From the NCBI RefSeq assembly GCF_020745735.1, contig NC_083435.1, forward strand, positions 35,942,121-35,976,589: a stretch of 34,469 nucleotides of DNA, in the 5' to 3' direction. Positions 33,741 to 34,469 of this stretch are shown here, in pieces (position 1 is the first letter of the stretch; every line of letters begins with the position of its first letter). The notes below the pieces were generated by a model. It ran no database searches. It was given only the letters and a program-made list of their open reading frames with translations, and was not told where the DNA came from. The translations under genes were made by a program, and so were the position numbers. This DNA comes from Hemiscyllium ocellatum (lineage: Eukaryota).

Positions 33741-33960
33741 GGAGGGATTGACAGTGAAAGTCAGGTACAGAGAACCCAGTGTGGGGGGTGAGGGGGGATT
33801 GATGGTGAGTGTCAGGTACAGAGAACCCAGTTTTTTGGGGAGAGGGGGAGAGGTGGGGAGGGAGACTGATGGTGAGAGTCAGGTTCCAGAGAACCCAGTG
33901 TGGGGGAGGGGGGGGGGATTGATGGTGAGAGTCAGGTTCCAGAGAACCCAGTGTGGGGTG
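33741..33960 (+). repeat. About 50-bp G-rich minisatellite, 4 copies
   Basis: gggattgatggtgagagtcaggttccagagaacccagtgtggggg units. Confidence 0.9.
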
Positions 33961-33974
33961 GATACAGACTGACC

Positions 33975-34420
33975 ACTGCACCCTTCTCCAACCAATAACC
34001 ATCTCGTGAGAACACATGAAGGTGGTAGTGTTCCCATGTGTCTGCTGACCTTGACCTTCCAGATGAGGTGGTTGTGGGTTTGAAAGGCACTGTTTAAGGA
34101 TCTTTGATGAATTTCTGTAGATAGCAAACACTGCTGTAACTGAGTGTCAGTGATGGAGGGACTGGATGTTGGTGGATGCAGTGCCAATCAGTTGGGTTAC
34201 TAGGTCCTGGATGGTGTCAAGCTTCTTCAGTGTTGAGATGGTTGTACTCATCCAGGCAAGCAGGGAGTATTCCATCACATTCCTGACCTGTGTCTTGTTG
34301 TTTGTGGACAGGCTTTGGGAAAGCAGGAGACGAATTACTCACTGCAGTATCTCTAGCTTCTGACCTGCACTTGGAGACACTGCATTTATGTGGTGAGTCC
34401 AACTGATTTTTCTGAGATCA
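33975..34420 (-). mobile_element. Old LINE (CR1/L2 group) 3' region
   Basis: Antisense homolog of 24860-25150 (gagtattccatcacattcctgac). Confidence 0.55.
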
Positions 34421-34469
34421 TTATTTTTTTTTAACATTCAAAAATATACTTTATTCATAAATACTTTCA

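Overview
Eukaryotic, repeat-dense genomic DNA, most likely from a shark (inferred from HE1/V-SINEs, Deu-type SINE, shark-type CR1 tails and Penelope-like elements); no prokaryotic features or CRISPR arrays. The only confidently recognisable host gene is an MHC class I-like heavy chain on the + strand: an open alpha2 exon (10749-11024, canonical 276 bp) and an alpha3 C1-set Ig exon (11142-11416, cut by an assembly gap). The alpha2 domain has lost both Cys of the invariant C101-C164 disulfide, has a hydrophobic groove floor and lacks several peptide-anchoring residues, so it is non-classical. I could not find an alpha1 or TM exon. Scattered class I-like pieces (a 33-bp YxxA cytoplasmic exon at 3996, further candidate tail exons, two near-identical disabled leader exons at 31963 and 33485, paralogous poly(A)-flank blocks) suggest a birth-and-death cluster. 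The rest is mostly CR1, L2/CR1-group, Tx1, Penelope-like, LTR and SINE remnants. One Penelope-derived 231-bp insert with a 13-bp TSD carries an apparently intact minimal hammerhead ribozyme (8031-8066). Repeat boundaries are approximate and family calls are by eye.
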